DNA from: Candidatus Aenigmatarchaeota archaeon
GTDB taxonomy: Archaea; Aenigmatarchaeota; Aenigmatarchaeia; QMZP01
DNA length: 64,000 nt
Assembly: GCA_016783545.1 (NCBI GenBank)
Contig: JADHWJ010000001.1
Coordinates: forward strand, 10,369-74,368
Direction of reading: 5' to 3'
The translations under genes were made by a program, and so were the position numbers. Below are positions 18,901 through 28,559 of this stretch, in pieces; positions within the stretch are counted from its first letter, which is position 1; the number at the start of each line of letters is the position of its first letter. The notes under the pieces are model-generated. The model saw only the letters and a program-made list of their open reading frames with translations. It was not told where the DNA came from and did not search any database.

Positions 18901-20810
18901 CACCATTTTATTTTCCTCATTCCAGATCCCCCAGCTTCATCGTGCGCTTCTATTTCAAATTCAACACCTGGGAGCACACTCTCTGGTGGTGTTATCACTG
19001 GTGCAATCTTATCTATCTGCACTATGACTGTGGCTGTCTCAAAGTTGTCAAAGCCGTCAGCCGCAGCAGAACAAATAATTACTTTGCTGCTAAGGTCATC
19101 TACTTTACCATCACTTTCATAGTATCCGGGGCTTGGGTATGGTTCTGAATAAGTAACTTTTTCAACATCTGTCCCGCTTAAGAAATCAGCCTTAGAGGGG
19201 CAGCTGACTTCCTTAAAACCAACATCTCTACAACCAACACCATTATCCGGGTCATCACATTTCACTTTAAAGTCTCTGTCAAGGTTGAACCATGGGGTTG
19301 TATCACCATCTTTATAGTTCTCTTTGGTCCCGTCACCATCCATGTCTATCTGGAGCTTGACATTTGGCTTTTCCCTTTCCAGTATTGTAAATTGCCCTTC
19401 AGCTTTGGGAGAACACTCGTGCCAGTAACTTCCCGGAGTATCTTCTGGTATCCTGTTGCAAGATTTCACTTCCCATTCATAATTACCGTATCCAAGCTCG
19501 TTTACATCGTATTTATGTTTGGCTTCATCGAAAACAGCTTCAGGGTCTGCTGGGTTTGGTGTAAAAATTCCTGGAACTATCACTTCCTTTATGTTTTTCA
19601 GGTAAAAATAATACGTGTCAACATAACTGCTATCACTAGCGCGCCACTGGAACTCAACATCCAGATTTCCAGTATCGTCTGTCACTTCCAGCTCGTTTGT
19701 TGGTGCTATTAAAGTTGGTAATTCAGGTACATAGTATTTGGTGATTTTTATCTTGAATGCCGGAGGACCGTAAGAGTCTAGGCCAAGTGAAATACCACCT
19801 GGGGTTTGACTATGCCCATAACTCCATGAAAAATAAAAATTAAAGTCAGTCCCGTCAGACGGGCTTGAAACGTATGGAAGTATTATAAAATATGAATCAA
19901 AATTATACTTCCCAAGGTCATTGGTGAGCCATAAGAAAGTTTTCCATGAAAACCAATCATCAAAATTGACTTGGCTTGGTTCATACTGGAGCCTGTATAT
20001 ATTATTTTCATTATGTGCAAAAGGAGCTGGGTCTGCCCTGAAAACAGTTGGATCTGCTTTCTTTGTGTTTATATTACTACCCCAGTCACTAAAAACTCCA
20101 TCATTGCAATAGTCCCTTCCCTTACACCAGCTTTTTGCTTGGTATTCAAAACCAACTATAGAACCAAGGATTTTATCTGTTGATATTTTAATCCTACATA
20201 ATCTACCTTCATGAATATAATCATGGTTTGCTTTGTTTACCCATTCACATACTTCACAATCATCAGTATCGCATACACAATATTTTTTACATCCATAATA
20301 AACGTCATCTCCACCATCACCTGTAACAGTTCCAGAATTAGCATTGCTTGGAACAAACTCAACCTCAACAGGAGTTGGAAGGTCAACCCATCCAGCATTT
20401 GCAATACCAGAGCTCAGAAGAAAGAAAAATAAAAAAAATATGGGAACATACCCTGCATTGTGATTTATAGCTCCACCCCTTCTGAGTTTTTTAGTAGCTA
20501 AGAAAATAACAAGAATAGCAATCAAAATAATCAATCCCCATAGAATGAATTCATTCCCTTCTACTGGTTCTTCAATTGTTCTGTTGGGTGCTCCAGATAC
20601 CTCTATCCTATTACCATTTTCATCAGCTATGAAATAGCGTTGGTTTTGCTCTATCTCTATACTATCTATTGGGACTTCACTAGAATTAGGAACACATGAA
20701 TCAAGTTCTTCCATATAGACGGTTCCAGTAGGGCAACTCAGCTCTTCAGCCTGAACAAAGACCATGAGCAAAAAAACCGTAAGCAAAAACGAAACTGTTA
20801 TAAATTTCAT
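15960..20810 (-). CDS. giant Cys-rich acidic cell-surface protein with Ig-like repeats
   Basis: 1616 aa with a signal peptide, repeated D..P...D..SG...A.D.AGN Ig-like units, and a C-terminal TM plus basic tail. Confidence 0.8.
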   Translation of the reverse strand: MKFITVSFLLTVFLLMVFVQAEELSCPTGTVYMEELDSCVPNSSEVPIDSIEIEQNQRYFIADENGNRIEVSGAPNRTIEEPVEGNEFILWGLIILIAILVIFLATKKLRRGGAINHNAGYVPIFFLFFFLLSSGIANAGWVDLPTPVEVEFVPSNANSGTVTGDGGDDVYYGCKKYCVCDTDDCEVCEWVNKANHDYIHEGRLCRIKISTDKILGSIVGFEYQAKSWCKGRDYCNDGVFSDWGSNINTKKADPTVFRADPAPFAHNENNIYRLQYEPSQVNFDDWFSWKTFLWLTNDLGKYNFDSYFIILPYVSSPSDGTDFNFYFSWSYGHSQTPGGISLGLDSYGPPAFKIKITKYYVPELPTLIAPTNELEVTDDTGNLDVEFQWRASDSSYVDTYYFYLKNIKEVIVPGIFTPNPADPEAVFDEAKHKYDVNELGYGNYEWEVKSCNRIPEDTPGSYWHECSPKAEGQFTILEREKPNVKLQIDMDGDGTKENYKDGDTTPWFNLDRDFKVKCDDPDNGVGCRDVGFKEVSCPSKADFLSGTDVEKVTYSEPYPSPGYYESDGKVDDLSSKVIICSAAADGFDNFETATVIVQIDKIAPVITPPESVLPGVEFEIEAHDEAGGSGMRKIKWCQGDVLSDCTVSDAGNCAGTCDGVKGTINCPLINDEEAPDQGDPSCSDDTQTVPEGKKKVYRAIDVAGNPSDPVSTAGVVLEVDYGSDDVWINEDQDITVTVSSAYDIAATKMCIATSGDCEPLVDGVELTDPTLGYTKTMKGTYEYDYTNTLSEQEDLLNFGANDVSGSESNSVLTSVKIDITDPSIAAECCLGTGCDDDLCTRSDFVNVKITPSDGLSGIDKTRFCIYESDECTVDYNDNGCDLPESGVVEVKPPETVCGVTIVESSYIIKAITWDNADNSKEVTKSITIGTATGSIVYDGGFTQDTTLDITVTKSDQDSTGFKIFQRTATLANGVCGTYSERTQVGGLLTLFDEIIGVTGLESGKCYKFEADIIFTDFGVVTVSNTNEVKVDNQEPSFSLIVTPALYVEGLITWVADTFTMSWSGSDLGGSGFGITPISIESGSCSPATDPCTPTLGTPGLFGLGEIIVFDNLQNNYLYKFELIGTDRAGNTGEEEKSVGADLGPPTCVMGDDSPVTSSFTIPLTGTDDESGIKEFEIGLKEEGGTPLNIYSMCNYGSGDLTYILTADVDGNGDFSCNWAGDEGTYIFTCKPFDNVGNDGPLVSVEKRIVITPPTSFFTRLPDWINKITFPIQFGSGTPVDSFFVKYRYNPNPNRPGPETAWTRWFNLGEFTCTPDKCTEGSLTFDSDDEVGSDTDSYSFMFSLYSESDGLLEDVCDEDDVADPDCINRLMGTTIDVLPPEYTATFIDNIKAVVGWIIIPGNVGNVKMDIDASDSVSGVSVLKWTTGGDWNDCGSGDSWGGSVNCPIEILYETGLVKLNVELMDRAENYNNIEYSITTHPLAAFDSNYIVIRNGETYLLGVTIWELLGETQTIDLSLEDYDLAKFVESEGRVIEDIVLQPWERKRFFIEIPSRESGQDYKLKMIAVSDVFEFPPGEVFEDESEVRIDIGFPPGFSGLEEFSIILLLILSVGIYKKRL

Positions 20811-20862
20811 GTATTATATTTATTCTATTATTGTTAAATAAATCAATTAATTTTTATAAAGT

Positions 20863-21548
20863 GAATACCATCCAGTCTACTGAACCAATGACTGGTGGTG
20901 GGTATGGGCTTAGTCCATACTATTAGTTCTCAATAAACAAAAAATAAAATGGGGAGTGAAACCTACCCCATTAATTAACAGACTTAATTACTTGTAGGTT
21001 TCGCTTTCTTATAAATCTTTGAGGTGGAAATATGTCAGAGTTTGTTAGAGGTAGCTCCAGCATTTTCAGGCTGGAGGCTCACATATCTTTTAAGGTCAAA
21101 TACTGTCATGATGTATTTGATATTATAGAATTCAAGGAAAGGTGCACTGAGCTGCTGCTGGAAGCAGCAGCTGGTATTGGTATTGAAGTAACAGAACTTG
21201 GCTACGATAGGAATCATGTACATTTAGATATTCGTTGGATGAGGATATGCCTGAGCGTTGACCAAATTTCAAAAAAGCTCAAGGGAACCACTGGAAGGAA
21301 ACTACTAAAAGAGTTTCCTGGTATCAAGAAAAGGTTCTTCTGGGGTTCAGGTCTATGGTCACCTGTTATATACGGTGACTCACTTGGCAAAGACCCAATT
21401 AATATGCATAACTATGTGGCTAACCAAGGAAAGAAAAGCAGCAAGTATACAACTACCTTGGTGAGGTTCTTTAACCAATAATACCACCGGTCTATAGTGA
21501 GCTCACTGATTTAACAGAGGCGAACGGTGACCGGTGGTTGAACCAATG
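20863..21548 (+). mobile_element. IS200-type element (tnpA only) with subterminal hairpins, ends approximate
   Basis: Related hairpins acca(t)ccagtc...gactggtggt (20867-20899) and accaccggtc...gaccggtggt (21483-21538) flank tnpA. No tnpB. Confidence 0.75.
21032..21481 (+). CDS. tnpA: IS200/IS605 Y1 (HUH) transposase
   Basis: H.SFKVKY, HUH motif DRNHVHL, LKG, FWGSGLWS, catalytic Tyr in NYVANQ. Confidence 0.93.
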   Translation: MSEFVRGSSSIFRLEAHISFKVKYCHDVFDIIEFKERCTELLLEAAAGIGIEVTELGYDRNHVHLDIRWMRICLSVDQISKKLKGTTGRKLLKEFPGIKKRFFWGSGLWSPVIYGDSLGKDPINMHNYVANQGKKSSKYTTTLVRFFNQ

Positions 21549-21579
21549 TTTATAAGCATACATTGATTAATATATAATT

Positions 21580-23229
21580 ATGCAATATTGGGGAGTTTTA
21601 TTAGTCTTTTCTGCATTTTTTATAGCGCTTTCTATTCCAATATATGCCTTTGAGACCTGTTCTGTCAATGTTAAAAGCAAGTATAATCTTCAGCCGCTTG
21701 AAGGAATGCAAGCTGCTATACACGAAGAAAAACTCTTGGGGGCCAACCCATACTGTACCATAATAAATACTGATATGAGTGGCGATGCATCAATTTCCGT
21801 GCCTTGGTCTGTTTCAGGTGATTGCGATTCTGATAAGTGCACAAAATATGAAGCCGTGGCTTATTATCATGGCGAATATGAGACAAAGTCCTTTTCTTCT
21901 GCAGGGAAACTTTATTTCAAAGTGCCTGCTGGAAATATAGATGTTGAAGTCAGGCTTGTTGATAATGCTGGGAATATTGTAACCAGTGGAATAACATCGG
22001 TTTATTTAGGATATGGTGATGGCACTGTTAAGAACACACTCGATGCACAACCACCAACTCAAGGGATTCTTAATACAGTTGTTTATATACCACAGCCAAT
22101 GGGAACTCCGGTAGGTATACACCCAAACCCACAATTTCATTGCCAGGCAGGCATTGGGGACGGCTGTTTTAGGGATATATACACAATGGCAGAGTTGGAT
22201 GATGGGAGTTTCACAAACTGGGAAAAGCTAAGCAGGGTCAATTGGCAAACAATAAACGCTAAGCTATATAAGGAGATAGAGGTAGCCCAAGGAGGCACTG
22301 TTAGTTGCACTGGTGGAACAGGTGAGATAGAAATAGATCTGAAGAGCATAAGAGGGAACAACATAGCTTCTGAAGGTTATAGTTTTAGAATGGTTTGTAA
22401 GTATAAGAGCGGTTTTTTTGGGCAAACTCAGACAGAAGAGCTCAGCCCGGTTTCAGGTACCAGCAGATTTACTGGATTAAAAACAAATTCGGATTTTGAA
22501 TACAGCTATGAAGTTATGTATGGTGCCACTTCAAAGCAGAGAAACAGCGACCTGTCAACAGTGATTGGTAAGGGCAATGCTGGGAGTTTTCCAACAGGCC
22601 AAGACAAAATGAGTCATGAGTATATAGTGAAACCTGATTGTAAGATGTATTGCATTGAAAAGGATCAGGGTACAATTGAGGGCTTGGTTGCCTATATCAT
22701 TGATCCTTTAAGCGAATTAGGTCTTATTGATAAAATTTTAGGCTCGATCATCAATGCCATTACATTTGGACTGACACCAGGTCCGCAGCCAATTAATATA
22801 ATAACTGATATTCTCGGAAACATTGCACATATTGTTGATGCTGTCACATTTGGAAATTTTGGATCAAAGAATTGCAAGCCATTGGAAGACCTTACAGAGG
22901 CTCAAACCGTTGATTATCTAACTACTATCAGGGATACTGTGCTAAAGGATGATGCTGCGCTGACATATTGTTCAATAGAGATTGATGTTAAAGAGGAAAG
23001 TTATGATAAGGAAAATAATGAAGGGAAATATAAGATAGAAATGAACTCAGAGCCAAGGACAGACGACCTGATGAGGGCGATATTCTATTGCCATTTATTG
23101 GGATGCTTTGATTCTGGTGATAGTGAAAGTGGGAGAAAAAATGATGTAGTGCCCGGTAAATGCACACCACCAACTTGTGAATGTCCCCCAGATTCACCAA
23201 ATGAATGTGCGATAAGATGTTGCACTTAA
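21580..23229 (+). CDS. secreted Cys-rich hypothetical protein
   Basis: Signal peptide, beta-rich body and Cys-rich C-terminus, 549 aa. Confidence 0.75.
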   Translation: MQYWGVLLVFSAFFIALSIPIYAFETCSVNVKSKYNLQPLEGMQAAIHEEKLLGANPYCTIINTDMSGDASISVPWSVSGDCDSDKCTKYEAVAYYHGEYETKSFSSAGKLYFKVPAGNIDVEVRLVDNAGNIVTSGITSVYLGYGDGTVKNTLDAQPPTQGILNTVVYIPQPMGTPVGIHPNPQFHCQAGIGDGCFRDIYTMAELDDGSFTNWEKLSRVNWQTINAKLYKEIEVAQGGTVSCTGGTGEIEIDLKSIRGNNIASEGYSFRMVCKYKSGFFGQTQTEELSPVSGTSRFTGLKTNSDFEYSYEVMYGATSKQRNSDLSTVIGKGNAGSFPTGQDKMSHEYIVKPDCKMYCIEKDQGTIEGLVAYIIDPLSELGLIDKILGSIINAITFGLTPGPQPINIITDILGNIAHIVDAVTFGNFGSKNCKPLEDLTEAQTVDYLTTIRDTVLKDDAALTYCSIEIDVKEESYDKENNEGKYKIEMNSEPRTDDLMRAIFYCHLLGCFDSGDSESGRKNDVVPGKCTPPTCECPPDSPNECAIRCCT

Positions 23230-23231
23230 CT

Positions 23232-26200
23232 ATGAACAAAAAAATTAAAGCCCAAGTGGAAATATTGACAATAGTTTTAGTAGCTGCAGGAATAATTGTA
23301 GCTGTAGTGTATGGTGGGACAATGGAAGAGCCGAAAGGAAAATTTGTAGAATCAGCTATAATATCCCTCCAAAATACAATGTGTACAGACCCTGCTAATG
23401 CATATTCATTCTCTGGTGGTGTTAGAACCACATGTACATGTTATCTTGCTTTTCAGCCATACGCAACTTCGTTTTCCACTGCCTATCCTGTTGATGTTGA
23501 ATATCTGGGCCTTGTATGGGAGGGCGCTGAAGGATTCTGTTATGGGCTTCAAATAATACCAGAAGGTGCTGAGCCTGGAATAATGCCACCCGGTGGCGGA
23601 GTAACTCCCCCATCAGGTGAATGCCCTGGTTATGATTGTTCCCCTCATGATGCAAGCAGAGTTAGTAAAAAATTCACTGTTAGCTATAACATCCATCCTA
23701 ATAAAGACAAGAATAATATATTTGGTAATTTGATGGCTAAAGTGAGAATATTGGATGAAAATAGCCCTCCTAATGAAATAGAAATCCTCGATGATGCTGA
23801 TGTTAGTATTGACATACCCAGTAGCTGCAATGCTGTTGGTTCATTAGACTGCAAAGTGGAAGTTTATGTTGATAATCCAGATCCATCGCATATGAAAGAT
23901 GGATATGCTTGGATGTTTTATTTGGGCCAGGCAGCTAAAATTGCTAAAACAGATTGTGATAGTAGCGGAGCATGTGATGGAATAGACTGGGCCGATGGCG
24001 ACGATGTTGATATAGTGGGATTTGAATTTCCAACTTCTACGTTGCCGGTGTTCCCCTTTGGCATGCAGCCAGGAACATTTGAGAGAGCTTTTGATGGTGT
24101 TGAAATCAGAGATTTATGCCTTGAATGGCCTGTTACTGACGGTGAAAGGCTGGAACCAATAACCATTGGTCCCTATTCTGATCCAGTATGTAATTGTAAA
24201 AATCCAGGAGATGGTCCTTATGAGGGATTCCAGAAAGAAGAGAGTGGTAGTGCTCAATGCGTTGAAATTGTTGACACCGGATATGTTAGATTTGAAGACT
24301 ATAACGATGTGGAAACATACGTGTTTTCAAGGGGGGAGAACATGTTCTGCACTGCCCGTATAGACACTTTTAATGATATTGAACCTGTTAATCCAAAAAT
24401 AGAAATTTTAATGGTTAAGGAAGGAGATATTGACAACCCTTTGACAAAAAGCGGCGAAGATGGTAATCCAACCTGTAATTTTAATGAGGACTGTGTAATA
24501 GGATATGATACCCTTGGGATAACAGATTTCAGTTCAGGTCCTGTTAACATTGAGTGTTATGTGAAATACAGCTTTGATGCATGGAATTCCAGGGAATATA
24601 AGAGCATGCCTGAAATGATGTTCCTTAATGGTCCAACCGCTGTTCATCATGTCCCACTGCCCAGTGCGCAGGTTTTCCCATGCCCTGATAAAACCTTAGC
24701 ACAACCTTATCCTAATCCAGAAATACCCGAACTTGGAGAGGAATATTGTGTGTGTGTGGAGAGTGTAACAGTTCCTGATGGAACGTTAGATTTAGATGGT
24801 ACATACGGGCCTGATATGAAGTGTCATATATTACCAATACTCCCAAGTACTATTTTTTATGACGAAGATGGGAATAAAAGGGGAAAAGTCCCGAAAGGCG
24901 ATGTAAGTGTTATAGTGGAGGGAGAAAAATACAAAGACAGTGATGATGTGATTGCCAGGGGATATTTTTATGGCAGGTACGTTTCAGATGATACTGTTAC
25001 ACCACCTGTTGACTGTGAAACAACAATCAATATTAAAAGAATACGTACCGACGCTTCCGGAGCTGAGCAAACAGAGGATTTTGAAGGTACTGATAACTGC
25101 TGCGATGCTAATGAAATATGCGAATTAACTTTCCTTGACGCTGAAACAGAACCATTTGACAAATTTGAGGCCTACATGGCATACAAATTCAAGGTTTGGG
25201 ACGGTGTTAATGAGATTCCAATAACAGGGTACATAGAAGGCGACACTTTAGCCATGGGAATAGGTGACACGTCAGAGGCAGAAGTTGCTCCCTGTCCGGA
25301 TGGATTTGAAACATCTATATATACAGATGCTGTTGGTATTGGTTATAACATATGCATTTGTGGTGATCAGAACGAAGGCTTTACAAGACCAAAGATAGGT
25401 GACGATGATGGTGTTTGCGTCAAGTCAGATATTGAAAATATGAGGTATGGAGATCTTTACACAGAAGAAATCATAGGATTTATGCCTGCTGGTGGTAACT
25501 ATTACACATCTGAAATTCAACCAAAATGTATAGCAGATATTGAAATTGAGAACGGGGAGATAGACAGTGATACTATTGTAGAAGTGAAAGGATTTTTGGA
25601 AGCGGTTGAATATGGGGATGATACTGTAGTGCAGGATTATACTCAAATGTGTGATATTTCACAAGCTGAATGCACTGTTAGTCTTTCTCCACAATCTAAA
25701 TTTCTGTATACAAAATGCAAGTTTAATGAGGATATTTTAACTTGGAGTGGAAAAGCAGACATAACAATTAGAAAACCTATTCAATTTCAACAAATCCAAC
25801 CAGAAGAAAGTATAATGATTATACCGGTTGGTTATATTAAGGGAACTATAAAAGGATGTAGAGATGTTAAAGGAGTTAGAACATGCGCAGAATTGGAAGA
25901 TGTTGAAATAAAATTAATTAGCAGCCAGGTAAATCCACATAAGGTGTGTAATGAATTCCCATGTAATGAAATAGCTGGCGTAACCGATGCAAACGGAAAC
26001 TTTGATATCGGGCCGATATATTCCCAATTTGATGATACTGATAAATTCCTTTTCAGGTTGATGGTTAACTCAGGTGGCATGGAATATTTCTGGGACGGTA
26101 ACCAAATAATGAATGATACTATCTGGGAGACGTTTAATATCCCTTTGAATAGTTATAAAGATTTTGGTGTTTTGGAAATTGAAATGCCTCCGTGCAAAAA

Positions 26201-26558
26201 ACTGCAGGAGATCGGAGAAGGTAAGGATAAAATGGAAGATTTAATTGATGAATTCAATAGTTGCTTGAATAACAATGCATGTAAAATGTTCTGCCAGCCT
26301 AGTTTAAACATAAAAGACGAATATAAAATGAATCTTGGGTCATTAACAACTGTTGTTGATTCAGTCCTGGACGCTCCAATAGTATTATATCAGAGACTTT
26401 TGCTGGGAGTGGTTGACAAGGTAAGATTGATAACTTTCAATAAAGTACCGGTTGTTTCAGCACTCAAAAGTTATATTAATTTATTCACACCCTATCTTAT
26501 TTGGCATGGGGATTTTGAGCTTATTGAAAGAAATAAGAGTTGGTGGCAGATATGGTAG
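23232..26558 (+). CDS. large surface protein with class III (pilin-like) signal peptide
   Basis: MNKKIKA|QVEILTIVLV matches the archaeal class III signal pattern. Acidic and Cys-rich. Confidence 0.78.
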   Translation: MNKKIKAQVEILTIVLVAAGIIVAVVYGGTMEEPKGKFVESAIISLQNTMCTDPANAYSFSGGVRTTCTCYLAFQPYATSFSTAYPVDVEYLGLVWEGAEGFCYGLQIIPEGAEPGIMPPGGGVTPPSGECPGYDCSPHDASRVSKKFTVSYNIHPNKDKNNIFGNLMAKVRILDENSPPNEIEILDDADVSIDIPSSCNAVGSLDCKVEVYVDNPDPSHMKDGYAWMFYLGQAAKIAKTDCDSSGACDGIDWADGDDVDIVGFEFPTSTLPVFPFGMQPGTFERAFDGVEIRDLCLEWPVTDGERLEPITIGPYSDPVCNCKNPGDGPYEGFQKEESGSAQCVEIVDTGYVRFEDYNDVETYVFSRGENMFCTARIDTFNDIEPVNPKIEILMVKEGDIDNPLTKSGEDGNPTCNFNEDCVIGYDTLGITDFSSGPVNIECYVKYSFDAWNSREYKSMPEMMFLNGPTAVHHVPLPSAQVFPCPDKTLAQPYPNPEIPELGEEYCVCVESVTVPDGTLDLDGTYGPDMKCHILPILPSTIFYDEDGNKRGKVPKGDVSVIVEGEKYKDSDDVIARGYFYGRYVSDDTVTPPVDCETTINIKRIRTDASGAEQTEDFEGTDNCCDANEICELTFLDAETEPFDKFEAYMAYKFKVWDGVNEIPITGYIEGDTLAMGIGDTSEAEVAPCPDGFETSIYTDAVGIGYNICICGDQNEGFTRPKIGDDDGVCVKSDIENMRYGDLYTEEIIGFMPAGGNYYTSEIQPKCIADIEIENGEIDSDTIVEVKGFLEAVEYGDDTVVQDYTQMCDISQAECTVSLSPQSKFLYTKCKFNEDILTWSGKADITIRKPIQFQQIQPEESIMIIPVGYIKGTIKGCRDVKGVRTCAELEDVEIKLISSQVNPHKVCNEFPCNEIAGVTDANGNFDIGPIYSQFDDTDKFLFRLMVNSGGMEYFWDGNQIMNDTIWETFNIPLNSYKDFGVLEIEMPPCKKLQEIGEGKDKMEDLIDEFNSCLNNNACKMFCQPSLNIKDEYKMNLGSLTTVVDSVLDAPIVLYQRLLLGVVDKVRLITFNKVPVVSALKSYINLFTPYLIWHGDFELIERNKSWWQIW

Positions 26559-28534
26559 TCTATAAAAAAGCAAACAAGAAAGGAAATATATTTCTTTTAG
26601 TGTTTACTGTAACTATATTATTATCATTTCAAGCAGTATTTGCGCAGCCAGATCTTTGGGTTTATATAACCATAGAAGAAAACCCGGTAAATGCCAGCAT
26701 TAACATACCAATATACATAGCTAATATGGGAAACGAAACAGCAGAAAGTGTAACTTTGAGAATAGAAGACTTTAGTATTATTTCAGAAGAAACCCTTATC
26801 ACAGTCCAAGATATAGTTCCAATAGAACCTGGTGTGGTTGAACTGCTAAACTATGAAGTGAATGAAAGCGGAAAGCATATGATATCAATAATTGCAGACA
26901 CAACAGATGAAAAGTCTGCTATAGACAATTGGCTTCTTCTCTTCCCGACAAAAATCATTGAAGGAAAAGATCTTAGGGTGGAGCTTTCAGATCTTGATGA
27001 AGAGTATGTTGAAGACAGTATAGCTGGAGTTAGGGTTTGGCTGGTAAATATTGGCAACCAGGATTTGAGTAATGTAGTGGCGGACCTGTCAATTACAAAT
27101 AATGACACAACAGAATCCATATGGAATGCGACAGTAGATATTATTCAAAGCGGTTCATATGATGAGCTTGTTAGATGGATACCATCAGGTGGAGAGAGTA
27201 CAATCACTTTAACTGCAACTGTTGATGGTGATGTTAACCTTACAAACAATGTGGATGTAATAGGGGCTTCTACAACTGCTTTGATGGGTGTGAATTTTAC
27301 CTTAACAGACAATGAAGGAAATGGTATAAACCAAACCGTGGAGTTTGAAGACCATTATAGGATTAATAACGAAGAAAATGTTCTGATATTGGTGCCAAAC
27401 AAAACACAAAAAATAATATCTGAGACAAAGGTTGGTTCAGAAATCAATGAAATAAAGTTCCTTGGTTCAAATCCAAGCGAAATGATGGAACTTGTTTTTG
27501 AAAAAAACAATGGCAAGTCATTTGCCGGTAAATATTTCTATCAGATTTATTCATTCAGGCCAAGCTGGGATTATTTAGGTATGGAGATTGTATTTAATTC
27601 TTATCAAAGAGCAAAAAAAGATGAATTCTCAATATATGCATGCTCTGAATGGGATTGGGCAGGAAAGGACTGCAATAGCCAATGGGAAGAGCTGGAAACT
27701 TTGCAGGGTTCCATAAAGGGTGTGGTTGATGATGCAGAAGCTGTTGCTCTGCTGGGCCCTAATTGTGGTAATGGGATATGCGATTCAGGGGAAAGCAGTG
27801 CCAATTGTAGAGAGGACTGTCCACCAGCTATAACAGGGGGACCAGGTAGCTCACCAGGAACAAGTCCTGGGACAGGACCAGGACTTCCAAGCCAGCAACA
27901 AAAAAGCAAATCAGTGACAATCTCAGGTATAGGTGAGGTATCGCTTAATATAACAGCAAGGACAGTTGGTGAAGTAACTATAGAACAGAGAGAAGCGCCT
28001 GCAGTTCAGCCATCTGGAGTTGTTTATACCTATCTGAACATAGATCCAAACGCAGTAAATGTTGTATCAGCAGAGATAAGATTCCAGGTAAGCAAAGAAT
28101 GGATATCAGACAACGAAATAAACAGCAATATGATTAATCTCTTGGAATTCAAAGACAACAAATGGATTGCTCTGGATACTACGCAGACAGGCCAAACAGA
28201 TAGTTATTTGGAATACAAAGCAACTGTAGAAGGGTTTTCAATATTTGCAATATCGGGTGAAAAGATTGCTAATGTATGTGAAGAAGGAAAACTTTGCACA
28301 GAATTCAAGCTGATGAAATGCGAAAACAATGAATGGGAAATAGAAAAGGCATGCATATACGGATGCAACAATGAAACACTCGATTGTAATCCATTACCAA
28401 AAGAAAAACTGACACAGAAACTGCCTAAAATAATAGAGGATTATTCTCTCTATATAATCATAATAATTATAATTGCGGCTGCACTTGGGATAGCTGTGTT
28501 AAAATTTGGATTCTTTGGAAAGAAGAGAAGATAA
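26552..28534 (+). CDS. surface protein with CARDB-like and PGF-pre-PGF domains
   Basis: PDL...N.GN..A CARDB-like units, CGNGICD...NCREDC repeat, VYTYLNI...F.VSKEWI...GFSIFAI, C-terminal TM plus KKRR. Confidence 0.8.
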   Translation: MVVYKKANKKGNIFLLVFTVTILLSFQAVFAQPDLWVYITIEENPVNASINIPIYIANMGNETAESVTLRIEDFSIISEETLITVQDIVPIEPGVVELLNYEVNESGKHMISIIADTTDEKSAIDNWLLLFPTKIIEGKDLRVELSDLDEEYVEDSIAGVRVWLVNIGNQDLSNVVADLSITNNDTTESIWNATVDIIQSGSYDELVRWIPSGGESTITLTATVDGDVNLTNNVDVIGASTTALMGVNFTLTDNEGNGINQTVEFEDHYRINNEENVLILVPNKTQKIISETKVGSEINEIKFLGSNPSEMMELVFEKNNGKSFAGKYFYQIYSFRPSWDYLGMEIVFNSYQRAKKDEFSIYACSEWDWAGKDCNSQWEELETLQGSIKGVVDDAEAVALLGPNCGNGICDSGESSANCREDCPPAITGGPGSSPGTSPGTGPGLPSQQQKSKSVTISGIGEVSLNITARTVGEVTIEQREAPAVQPSGVVYTYLNIDPNAVNVVSAEIRFQVSKEWISDNEINSNMINLLEFKDNKWIALDTTQTGQTDSYLEYKATVEGFSIFAISGEKIANVCEEGKLCTEFKLMKCENNEWEIEKACIYGCNNETLDCNPLPKEKLTQKLPKIIEDYSLYIIIIIIIAAALGIAVLKFGFFGKKRR

Positions 28535-28559
28535 ATATATAGAAAACCAATAGTTATCA

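Noticed and set aside
21580-23229. TnpB or cargo of the IS200 element
   Set aside because: The ORF lies outside the right hairpin, has a signal peptide and has no RuvC motifs
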